A stretch of 64,000 bases of DNA from Antedon mediterranea (lineage: Eukaryota; Animalia; Echinodermata): assembly GCF_964355755.1 (NCBI RefSeq), contig NC_092673.1, positions 31,059,648 through 31,123,647 on the forward strand, in the 5' to 3' direction. The position numbers and the translations under genes were made by a program. Positions 22,383-34,300 of this stretch are shown in pieces; position 1 is the first letter of the stretch, and each line of letters opens with the position of its first letter. Below the pieces are notes generated by a model. That model was not told the DNA's origin. It saw only the letters and a program-made list of their open reading frames with translations, and did no database searches.

Positions 22383-25300
22383 ATGGCGTCCTCCGTAGAC
22401 GATGTGATAGCTAGCCTAACTCCTCTAAATTTACGCCCTACAATTTTCCATGGTTATGTAGCCCCTTTCGCTGTGTTATATGTTTGTTGGTTTTATTGTT
22501 TCGCATTTATATACGGCATAAATGAATATTTTGAGGCAGGAATGATTGCTGTAGCCGGTATCGGCTGTTTACAAATTCTTGTAGGCCTGTTCTGTCATTG
22601 GTCGGTTCACATCCGAAGCCTGCTTACGTGCGGGAAGGTAAATGTTTTGACTGCTAACTATGAACTAGGCTAGAGCCGAGGCCCATTTATATATGTATAA
22701 TATAAACTCTAGGCCTACTAGGCCTAGGCTTATTATAATAATAGTAATAGATAGTAATACTAGAAAAGAGCGTATCCTTCCTAATTTAATTATAATTTTC
22801 AATGAATGTCAAAATAAAAATTAAAAATGTATCCAAGAAAGACAGAGCAATCAACCATAGAGATATTATAGTGAACTATAATATCTCTATGAATCAACAA
22901 ATGGAACTCGCTGCCTAGTAGTACCAGAACATGTCATTAACAGCACAAACACAAATTCATTCAAAAACAACCTCGACATTCACATAAACAAAAGGAGGCA
23001 ACTATTATGAGCATTAAGCTCACAGCCTCTTTTAATCACTAAAGGTAAGAATCACTAAAGGTAAGTAGTACTAGCTAGGCCTAGTAGGCCCATGCCAGAG
23101 CTAGGCCTATAATAACTATAAGTAAATTCCACTAGTAGTAAGAAATGTATGAATGGATGAGGATAGCCTTGTTTATATAAGATATGCGTACTGTCTAGTG
23201 CTGTACTATTAGAAGTATATATACAGTATATTATTAATTAGTAAGACTAGGCTTAGAAAGTAGTCTCTAGGCTTAATTTAATGTAATGATTAATATAAAC
23301 ATTTGTAGAAAAAAATTCAGTTAGTTAGTTAGTATTTCAGTAGATTCACTTCAATAGATAGTATTTAAGATTTAACCTTTAAATTTTTTTTACTGCCAGT
23401 TCAGGTCTAACACAACCTTGACCGATTTTACATAGAAATGTTTTTTCTACAATGTTAGATGTCTTAAAATTTGATTGACAGTTGTAGGTCATCATCGAAC
23501 AATAATACAAATTAATTTTGACTCTTTGTTTCAGGCAAAAGATGCTTTTCATGCCACTAACATCAAGGTCGTTCCAACAGCCAATAACGGCTCGCCAGAA
23601 ATTGTCAAGCTTCATAGTGAAACAGTAATATATTATTTTGTATCATTATTCTGAAAAATGTCAGTTAAAAATTATATTGGCAATATTTTTTTATGAAGTT
23701 TCTTTAAATTGCAAGGAATGGGATCTACAAAACAGTCTAGAGCAATGGCAACATCTGGTTGTTACTTGACTCTGTGGTCTTTTCCTTTATTTTATATAAA
23801 AATCAATCAATACAAAAAGTGAATAACTTTATTGCAACTACAAAATGTCATATAGATTTTATTTACCTCCGCCAAGGAGGTATATGTAATCGGTAGCGTG
23901 TGTTTGTTTGTTTGTTTGTTTGTTAGCAGGATTACTCAAAAAGTAACTACAAGATCTTTACCAAAATGAATATACAGATAGATATGTGGTCAAGGACCAT
24001 TCCATTAAATTTTGGGACCATTGTCCCAATTCTGGACCACTTTTTAGTATACTTTCAGACCTCCTAGTGTTAAAAGATAGGACAGAATTTTTCAAAAGCC
24101 GGCGAGCAGTCTTAAAGTAACAAGTACAGTATACTGAAATTGCATTTTCTCGAGAACTACTTGTCCAAAAAACTTCATTTTTGTACAAGAGGCAAGAGTT
24201 ATAATTTGTGATTTGTAATTTTAAAACATAATTTGATTTAATGTTCACGTTTTTTGATGACACTAGTTTAAAAAACCTATTTTCTTTTCAAATTCACTCG
24301 TTTGGCTTGTTACATAACCATTAAATTAGCCTAAATCACAAACAGCATTAAGACACACACAAATATATATATATTTTTTTTTTACCGGAGAAATCTTATG
24401 TAGGAGAATTTTACAGTAGGCGGAGGTATGCACCCTCGGAGTGGCTTTCTAGTTCATCTATATTTTTATTTTTTGATGACAATAATATAAATTTTGAATT
24501 ATCAATTGAAGATCTGGTATTTTTTAGTTAAAAAAAAAATATAATCGTTAAATTATTTTTGCTTAGAATGGTGATTCTAAAGACATTTGGTTTAATTTTC
24601 AAAAAACAAAATATATCTATGATTTTGAGGAGAAAAAGCAGTTCAAAGCAGTTGAGTTCCCGATCGATCATTCCATTGGCTATTATATGGATTCGAAAGG
24701 CTATAGTGATGAGGGAGAAGTTGAAGCGGCCAAGTCAACTTTTGGACTCAACAGGTAATAAATGTACAAATAATAGATGTTTATTAGTTTGATGGTGACA
24801 ATATTTAATGAATTAAATATTGACTTTCCTGAATTTTTACGAGGTGGAGCCGAGTTGAAAATAAAGCAGACAATTTTCATTGAATGAAATATTCTCCATT
24901 CAATAAATAAAAAACATCTATTATTTGTTGCCTCGTTGATATTGTTGGAGAGACACACCTTACCGGTGACAGCGTTTTGTTTAATGCTTTTGTCTTTCCT
25001 CGGCCTCGTGTCTTGTATTTCATATATATATATTTTTTTCTATGTTTTTTTTTGTAATTATTATTTTATGTTTATTGCCGAAATGAATAAAATAAAATTA
25101 AAATAAATATAACCTTTCATTCATTACACTCATAAACATTATTATATACATAGTATATTACTGTATATATATTATTATTTTTATAGTAACACATCTACTT
25201 TGATTCAATTTATCTCTTGTAAGTCATTGACAAATGCTAGGCCGGAAAACTAGGCTATTAAAAAAGGATATGCTCCAACTTTATACGCGTTGTAGACGGC

Positions 25301-28300
25301 GCACACAACATTTTAAAACACGATCAGTCAGCAACGCCTCAAAGCAAACATTTTCAAAATGAAAGCTGAACATGCATGAGAGTGTGTTAATTATCACTAT
25401 TAGATATCACTTTTCTGTTATGGAAGGGCTAATTCCCAATGACACGTGATGCGTAATTGACCAATCAAATTGCAAGAATACAATCAGGTGTGTTATAATT
25501 ATAATAATGATTATTCTGCAGTTTTTCAACATACTAGAATAATAATAATATATTTATATGGCATAAACCCAGAAATCCTCCTTGGGCAATAAATTCTCTT
25601 CATACAGCATTTTTTTTTTTTTAAATCATGCTTCATGTTCTTATAGGTTGTCGATGGAGCCTCCAGAATTCTGGGAATTGTTTCAGGAACGTGCAACAGC
25701 GCCCTTCTTTGTCTTTCAAGTTTTCTGCGTCGGCCTCTGGTGTTTGGATGAATATTGGTATTACAGGTAAGAAGAAAATATTTAAATTTGTTATTTTTTT
25801 GTTAAATTTGAGACTTGTTGACTTTTTTTTCCTTATTTTATCAAACTCTTTCATGGTAGTGTTCAAACTCGATTGGATAGCGACTCTTTAACACTCTCAA
25901 GTCCCGATGTGGTACAGCGGAATATATATATGAATAAATCCACCATGCAGAAGAGACAGACAGATTCTGAATATTTTACATATATTTTTTTTTTAGCGTG
26001 TTTACCCTGATGATGCTTGTCATGTTTGAGGCAACCTTAGTTCAACAACAAATGAGAAACTTAGCCGAAATTAGAAAAATGGGAAATAAACCCTACATGA
26101 TTCAGGTAAGAAAACTATTATGTAATATTATTTATCAAAATTAATAATTACTAGAGGGTGAGCTCACTTCGCTCGCTCCCCCTCTAGGAAGTGTAGACGA
26201 TGGTTCTCGGAATGATAATGACTCTGGTAAAAAGTTTTAGGACATTCTGGCCTGGACGATTTCGATCAGTTATTATTATTTAAATGCTTTTGATATTCGT
26301 AAAACTAAACCTACTCACTAACCTGTTTCGCAGTGTCTTAGATGATTAATAGCGTTTTATGTATAGTGTTTATTGTAGATATGAAAAGTGGTAAAAAAGA
26401 ATAACAAAGGCTTGGAAATTGTAGGCCTAGATAACAATCCGACGAAATCTACTAAAAAATAGTGTAATTGTGTTATAAATGGCGATAATTATTTTAATTG
26501 ATGTTTTATTGGGGAGGTGTTCCGGGCGTTTATTCAAATAAATACCGTCCTAATTGGTATATAATACATTATTCCGCGACACAGTGAGCCGTTTTGGCCT
26601 AAGAAGGAAGACGTTTTAGACGGCTTGCAACATGGGCAGAAGTATCCCAGGGTCCTGACGGGACACAGATAGTGCATAGTATACATAAATCCTGGCAGCT
26701 TACTCAACAACTCGTCTATCGGGGTTTCATTCGATTTCAAACAAAATCAATTCTCTTGATGTAATTTTATATAATTATTTCCCACAATTTACTCCTATGT
26801 TTTATGAATGTATTTAATTTGATCTTTATGTACTACAGTACTATACCTTCACACGCGCGGTCCGAAAATAAACAAAAAACCAAACGGCCAACTTAGTTGA
26901 AACAGGTTACAACTCCCTGGTTGAAACCAACCATGCAGGGAACTTACTAGGTGATTGACACACCTTACCGTGAACCCGGAAATTACTTACCGCGCGTAGA
27001 GTTAAAATTTACCGATTGAAATCAGAAAATTTCTTATAAAACCCTTTATAATATCTTCCTAAGATAGAAATATGGAACAATAGCGTAGTACTGAAAACTA
27101 ATGTTTACATTTCGCGGTACATCTGAGATAGATAAGGTAGGTATCCAAGGCGAAGATTAGTACCGAAGTGTTTCCATTGTGCTCGCATATGTCAGAATTA
27201 ACCATAATTTATATATAGATTACTAATTAATATTTTTCATTCAACTCATTAAACAAACAAAAAATGACTTTAGAAGATGCATTCTTTCTGCAGTTGGGAC
27301 TAGTAAAATATGTCTATAGTGATGCCATGATTTAATTGAATTGGCTACAGTATAACACCCCATTCAGTATAATTGACTTTTGTACCATTATCACACTTTT
27401 ACTAGGTGTATCGCAATCGTAAATGGCGGCCAATATTCAGTGACGAACTGTTACCAGGTGACATCTGCTCCATCACTCGATCACAGAACGAGAATCCTGT
27501 GCCTTGTGATATGCTTCTTCTCCGTGGACCCTGCATCGTGGATGAATCCATGTTGACCGGTGAATCAGTGCCACAGATGAAGGTAAGGTCTATCGGCCAA
27601 TAAAAATTGTAGTGGAGCTGTAGCTTGGTGGTTATAGCGCTTGCCTTCCAATCACAAGTACCTAGTGCCAGGATTGTAACCTACGGCTTTTTCAACTCCC
27701 TAAGCCTCAAATGAGACTTAGTTTATAAGCGCGAAAAATTATTAAATAGTTTATCCATCCTGTAATTAGCGAGTTTTCGCTGTTGAATGTGTATTCAACA
27801 ACAAAAATAATTGAATGGATGATGAATGCTTAACTACTGTGGCGTAGCTTTGCATCAGGGAGGTATTAAAGTAATTGGTCAATTTTTTTCCCTACCCTGA
27901 TGCAATTATTGTACATATTAGTATTGTAAATTATAAGTACATGTTGGGACTTAAACCCACTCCAGTTTACTAGCCTGTTATTTATATCAAGAAATGTTTT
28001 GTAAGATATTAATTATTTTTGTACTTTATCTTTATTATTTTTTTAACTTTTATAGTTTTAATGTATTGTACCAACTGTTTTTTAACTTAAACTATATGAA
28101 TTTAGTTTAATTTAGTACAAATTGCATCAGAGTATGGCAAAATATCAATATTAAAAACAGATACAAATCTAGTATTTTATGTATAGAAAAATGCTTTTTT
28201 ATCAACAGGAACCAGTAGAAAATATTGAATTTGATCATGTTCTGGACGTTTCAGTCGACAGCAGGTTACATATCATATTTGGTGGTACAAAGGTTGTCCA

Positions 28301-31300
28301 GCATACACCACCTGGAAAGGCGTCACATGGAATAAAATGTATGTAAATTTATTATTGACCCAATTATGTATAAAATTCAGTGGGATATTGCATAATTTAT
28401 TCTCTCATTAATATTACCAGAGAAGAATGAAATTAATTTCACTTTTTTTTTTATTGTAGCTGGTGACAATGGTTGCATTGCTTATGTTTTAAGAACAGGT
28501 TACAATACTTCACAAGTAAGTTTTTGTTTATAGATATTCAGTGATTTTTACCTGTATTCAGTTACAGTTTCTTTACCATATCTTCATAATGTACAAAATA
28601 TATTTATAAAAACGAGTGGTTACGATAAAGCGGAAAAAAACGGGTAGCACATAGAAATATTGGTATATACAGTATCCTCAGCGGAAACCGCCCTTTGGCT
28701 CCACGTTGTGTGTAAATGGTCATAAGGAATAACATAGATTCTATATTTTTATTACTGTTACCGCTCGTGTATATAAATTGGCTTTTAAGCCTTGTCTCAA
28801 CTATCAAACTAGTTTGACAAAGAAAGTGTGATGTGCCCAAATATCTCTCATCTTTTTATTTATGTATTTATATATTTGTGTTCAGATGGAGAAGAATAAG
28901 AAAAAAATACATTGACAAAAACACTTTACACACATAAAGATATCCTTTAGAAGATGAACTTTGCAGCCATATTTAATTTAGGATGAATCTTGTGAAAGAA
29001 TAATGTGATTGATAATTGATTTACAGGGCAAGTTACTGAAGACCATTCTCTATGGAGTGAAGCGTGTGACTGCTAACAACTTGGAAACGTTTATGTTCAT
29101 AGTGTTCCTTCTATTCTTTGCCATAGCTGCTGCCAGCTATGTGTGGATCGAAGGTAAAGATAGCTAAATCAAATATAAAGGGATCAACCAAAAATGTGTT
29201 TTATTAAACCAAAGGATTACCCTGCCATATTAACACCGACAAGGGTTCGAGCCTCACACGCTCCAAAGTTCTGGGGGTAGAATGAGTCTTTTGGATAAGG
29301 ACTACAAACCGTAGGTCCAGTGTACACATCATGGGCACTTTAAAGAACCTAGTACATCTTTCGAGACAAAACGTGAAATAAATAAATAAATAAAATAAAT
29401 CATAGATGGAATCATTTTTAAAAGAGAAATATAGATACAAAATAACAATGTTGAGAGAAAGAAATGTATTTGGAAATAAAAGTGGGATAAACCCACGCAA
29501 GACCAAAAAAAAAAGTAATCACAAATGTGTTTATGATTTACTTTTCTTTTTTCAGGAACTAAGGATGAAACACGTAATAAGTACAAGCTTTTCCTCGAGT
29601 GCACCCTCATTCTCACGTCCGTCGTCCCACCGGAGCTACCGATTGAACTCTCTTTAGCTGTCAATTCATCATTGTTGGCTCTTTCTAAATTTGGTGAGCT
29701 TATAAAAATTTGCTGAAATCACTATGTTCTCCCCTCCCACTTGCATTCATTCATTCATTCAATAGACATTTATTTACATAATCTGAATACATAGAAAAAC
29801 AAGAAACAGGATTGTACAGAATTATAAAAATATGTTTCAGAAAATGAAGGCAAAGGCCCTGGAAGATGTTGGTAAACATTTTGTGTTGGGCGAGCCTTAA
29901 CACAAATAAAAAAGAAAAGAAATGCATTGAAGAAAATAATAATAAATTTCATAATCTAAAATATGAATAACAGAAAAAAAATAAATCTGTTGGTACTGCA
30001 GATCGAGACATGACCGATTAATAAACATTTAATAAGTAGAAAAGGTGTATTTTTTTAATTTTTAGATAAGTATCTTAGGGAAGCAGATTTTAAAATGGAG
30101 GGTGGTAGGTTGTTCCATAGGGTGGGTCCAGAGTAGGGAAGGTATAGATCATTTATTTTTAGTACGTAGTACGCATGTATCTGCAGACCTCTTAAGTACC
30201 CCAGAGTTTCCCAATATTTTGAATTTTCTCCAGCCACCCTCTAAAGGTGCAATTTCTTTCCATTGTTTACTATTTTTTTTAAATAGCATCATCTATGCAG
30301 TAGGTTTGCCACGCCTTTAAAAAGGCCCTGTTCAAGATTGTTACTTACCCGGGTAAATTGGTGACCTACCCACCAAAGTTAGCAATAATAGGTCCATGAA
30401 GCCAATTTACATGGGGGGTGAACTGGCTCGTAGTCTCCCGATATTTCATTTTTCAAGTTGGGACTTATGTGTTTGTTTCTTGTCTTTTAGGTGTATTTTG
30501 TACAGAGCCTTTCCGCATCCCATTTGCAGGTAAAGTTGACATCTGCTGTTTTGATAAGACTGGTACATTAACCACTGACCAGCTTGTGGTTGAGGGAATT
30601 GCAGGCCTACCGTAAGTATTGAAGTAGAAATGAAACAAAAAGAAAAATTTTTCTTACAAAAATGAACGTTTATATAATGTTTTCCATGAACTTTTATTGC
30701 CAGTATTCAAAATATATATTCATTTTTATTTCTTCATAGTATCACAAAATTACATTTCAACTGGGTATATATGAAGTAGTAAAAAAACTTGTCCAAAGCT
30801 CTGTCTACACTATTATTATTATTATTATTATTATTATTACTTTGTTTACCCAGGGTAAGCCCAAACAGTTAAAAACTGATTTCCATTGGGGCCCTGCATT
30901 GAGTTAAAAACCATTTACATAATAGCGTTTTGCTGAATATATTTCCTATGACAAAAAAATGTGATGTGCCCAAATATGGACACCACGATGTCATATTACT
31001 ACCATATTTGAGCACATCAAACTTTTTTAGTTCAACTAGTTGGATAGTGTAGACAGAGCTTTATAACGATCCCAAAACACAATAGAAAAAAAACGAAATT
31101 CAATATACAATTTTTTTTGGTTATATGTTAATGTCTTGTCATATTTTAGTTTTGTGAGGGTCCCTAATGATCAGCCTTGGCTGGATGGACTACCCACGTA
31201 AAATATTGTTGCAATGAAAAAATAAAATAAATGCTGAAAATAGGATTTTTTTGGGAACTCAGGCCAGCCTAAGTTTGATTCAAGTGCATGTTATTCGGGA

Positions 31301-34300
31301 AATTGTCTAACGTAAGATACATGCTTAACTACATATTGAGCCAACTCCCTTTCACATACAATTCGTGTAGTAGGCCTGCTATGCTTCAAGAAAGATTATC
31401 AATTACCTTATTACCGTATTAACTCCAAATTATGATTATTAGTTTTGCTGTGGTATACAGTAATGGTTACTGCTTTATGAGCGCAAATGTTACTTTTTAT
31501 TATTTATTTATTTCGCCATATTTCAAGTGCAATTTAAAACTCTATACAAATGTATGGTCTTCCAAAACATGGAAAATAAAGTAAATCTTTAATAGGCAAG
31601 TTTTTGGTTTTAATAAAGTCATTTACTTTCACCGAAAAAAAAAAAGAACAAAATAGTGGTTTTCGATAAAATGTGCCCTGCATAGCACAGATATTAAAAA
31701 ATGCATGCGCCATGTATATATATTTATTGTCTTGTATGTAGAAAAATTGAATTGAATAGAAAGGAATAAAATCAATCGGGTTTTGGTTTTAGTAAAGTCA
31801 TTTAATTTCGCCGAAAAAAAAAATGTTTCAACAAAACGTACTCTGCATAGCACAAACCTTAAAATATGCATGCGCCATGTATATGTGTATTGTATTGTAA
31901 AATTTTATTGAATAGAAATTAATAAAATCAATCTTTTAGTAGGCCAGTTTTTGGTTTCAGTAAAGTCATTTACTTTCAGCAAAAAAAAAAAACAACAAAA
32001 TAATGATTTTTGATAATGTGCTCTGCATAGCAGCACAGATCTTAAAATATGCATCTTCCATGAACATGTATAATGTGTTGTACTGTATATAGAAAAGAAG
32101 AATTGAATTTTTACATTATTTAATCTCACAATTTTCATTATTGTTTTTAAATTTACCATGTGTTTAGGGGCAAGAAGAGGGTAAGCTCAATAGCCGAAGC
32201 ACCCCTAGAAACTCATCAAGTACTTGCAACGTGTCACTCGCTGGCTCAACTGGAGGACACGCTGGTTGGTGATCCTCTAGAGAAAGCAACGTTGACTGCT
32301 GTTGATTGGAATTTGACCAAAGGTATGCATATTGTATTAGAGCTCCTATTAAAGGGAATTTAGAACTTCAGAAAGTGTCACATTAATTGGGAGTTTCTCT
32401 TGAATAAGGGATTGACTGTAATGCTAACACATATATTGCATACAGTATATACTGTTTACAAAAAACATATTAAAAAAAAATATTAAACAAATTAAAAGTT
32501 TCTGATCAGTCTCATTTTACAGATCAGAAGAAATTGTCCCCTTTAAAAGGAATGTCCTTTAAATAGAAGTGTCTCCATGAATTCGTTGACTGTAATGCTA
32601 CACTAACGTATATAATTTTTTAAAAAGTGTCCCCTTCAGGGAGGTGTCCCAATGGCGGATTCTACTATGTTTAAACAACATTAAAATGAAAAAGAATCTA
32701 ATCCATCAGGGCAAGCTTGGTGGTCTAGAGGTATGACACCCTGCTAGTGATCTGGAGGTCGTGGGTCCGAGCCAATCCGAAAATTACTTAATTTATAGTA
32801 AATACAATCATTAAAATTACAATGTATTCTGTTAGTTGCATTTTTCCAGCAATTCCTTAGATTTAACAATGGTTTATTTTCGTCTAGTTTATTTTATGTA
32901 AACCCTGCTTTTTAGGTGATGTGGTAATTTCACAAAAGATTAGAAGCCAACCTTTAAAGATTGTCCAGAGATTTCACTTCTCCAGTGCCCTCAAACGCAT
33001 GTCAGTTATAGCTTCCAAGCAAGAACCAGGCAGTGTGGAATGCAGCTACATGGTGACTGTTAAAGGGGCTGCAGAAACACTGAAATCAATGGTAAATACA
33101 GTAGATACAATGTCCCTTTAATAGAGGTGGCCCCATTCATTTCATTAGAAAGTGTCTTCTTGGAATGTCATCAGAAAAGGTGGGGGGGGGGGGGGGGGTG
33201 GTTGAAAGAGTGTCCAAAGGAATGGTTTTGTTGTTATTTTGTTGCATTTTCTATAGTGGCACTATACTCTTGTCTGACCCTAAACTCGTAGGTTTAAATT
33301 CTAGTTATGACCTTGATTTCTACGCAAATGAATAACTTTATTAAAACTGCAAAATGGCCTATTCAATGTGTGATTTTATATATTACATATTTTTCATGTT
33401 TTTTTATGCTTTAAATCGAATAGCTGAGAGCATTATTTAAATATTATAGAATACAAGCTCTTTGATGTTAAGCAAAGAAATAAATGAATGAAATTTAAAA
33501 AAATACTTTTTACCATTTTTTATCAGCAGTACGATTGAGTTAAACAAAGAAATATATATTTATTGGTTTAGCCCTAATAGCAGTAACCTTCGGCGGCTGG
33601 TTTGATAGCAAATAAAACTTAAAACAAATAAAGTTTTATAATATCTAGTTATCTTTGTCTATACCTTCAAAACTATATTTTCTCTTAATATTCATTTTTA
33701 TTTTGTATTTTGAACCTTGGTTTTTAGGCTAAGTTTTATGCATGATATCATACAATTTTATGTATAATAAATGAGGGTTGTCACTTGTGTTGAGAAACTT
33801 GTTTGCGAATGTTAAACAAATAACTATTATACCTAAGCTCAGACTTAAAGTCTGGTTTTTAGAGATTTGACTGTATTCAATTATAATTTTAAGTAGATTA
33901 GTGAGACGATTAAGTCTTACTTGATAATTATTTATAGACAGATATAGAAATAATAAATAGTTACACAAATAAGTTAAAAAAAATATAAATTTAAATTATT
34001 GAGAAAATGTATCAGCTTGGTTCCTAAGCAACGCAAGGACGTACACACACAGCAAAGTACTATCCAAGCTGCTGTTTGTGATTGGTCTGTCCTTGTATTT
34101 CGTCCGAACATGTAGTTCATCCATGGTCCTACCTCGTAGGAACCATGCTTAAAACTGAACAAGAGAAAATGTTTAACATATCATAGCTTGAAGTTTGTAG
34201 AACTATTATTATTATACATTTTAGAAATGCGCTGAATGTTTTACAATTTTTTAAGTAGTTTTTATCAGCCTCTGCTTTTACAGAGTTTTTCGTATTATTA

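Noticed and set aside
32711-32775. Functional tRNA gene
   Set aside because: Degenerate B-box and no acceptor stem pairing; treated as a SINE head or relic.
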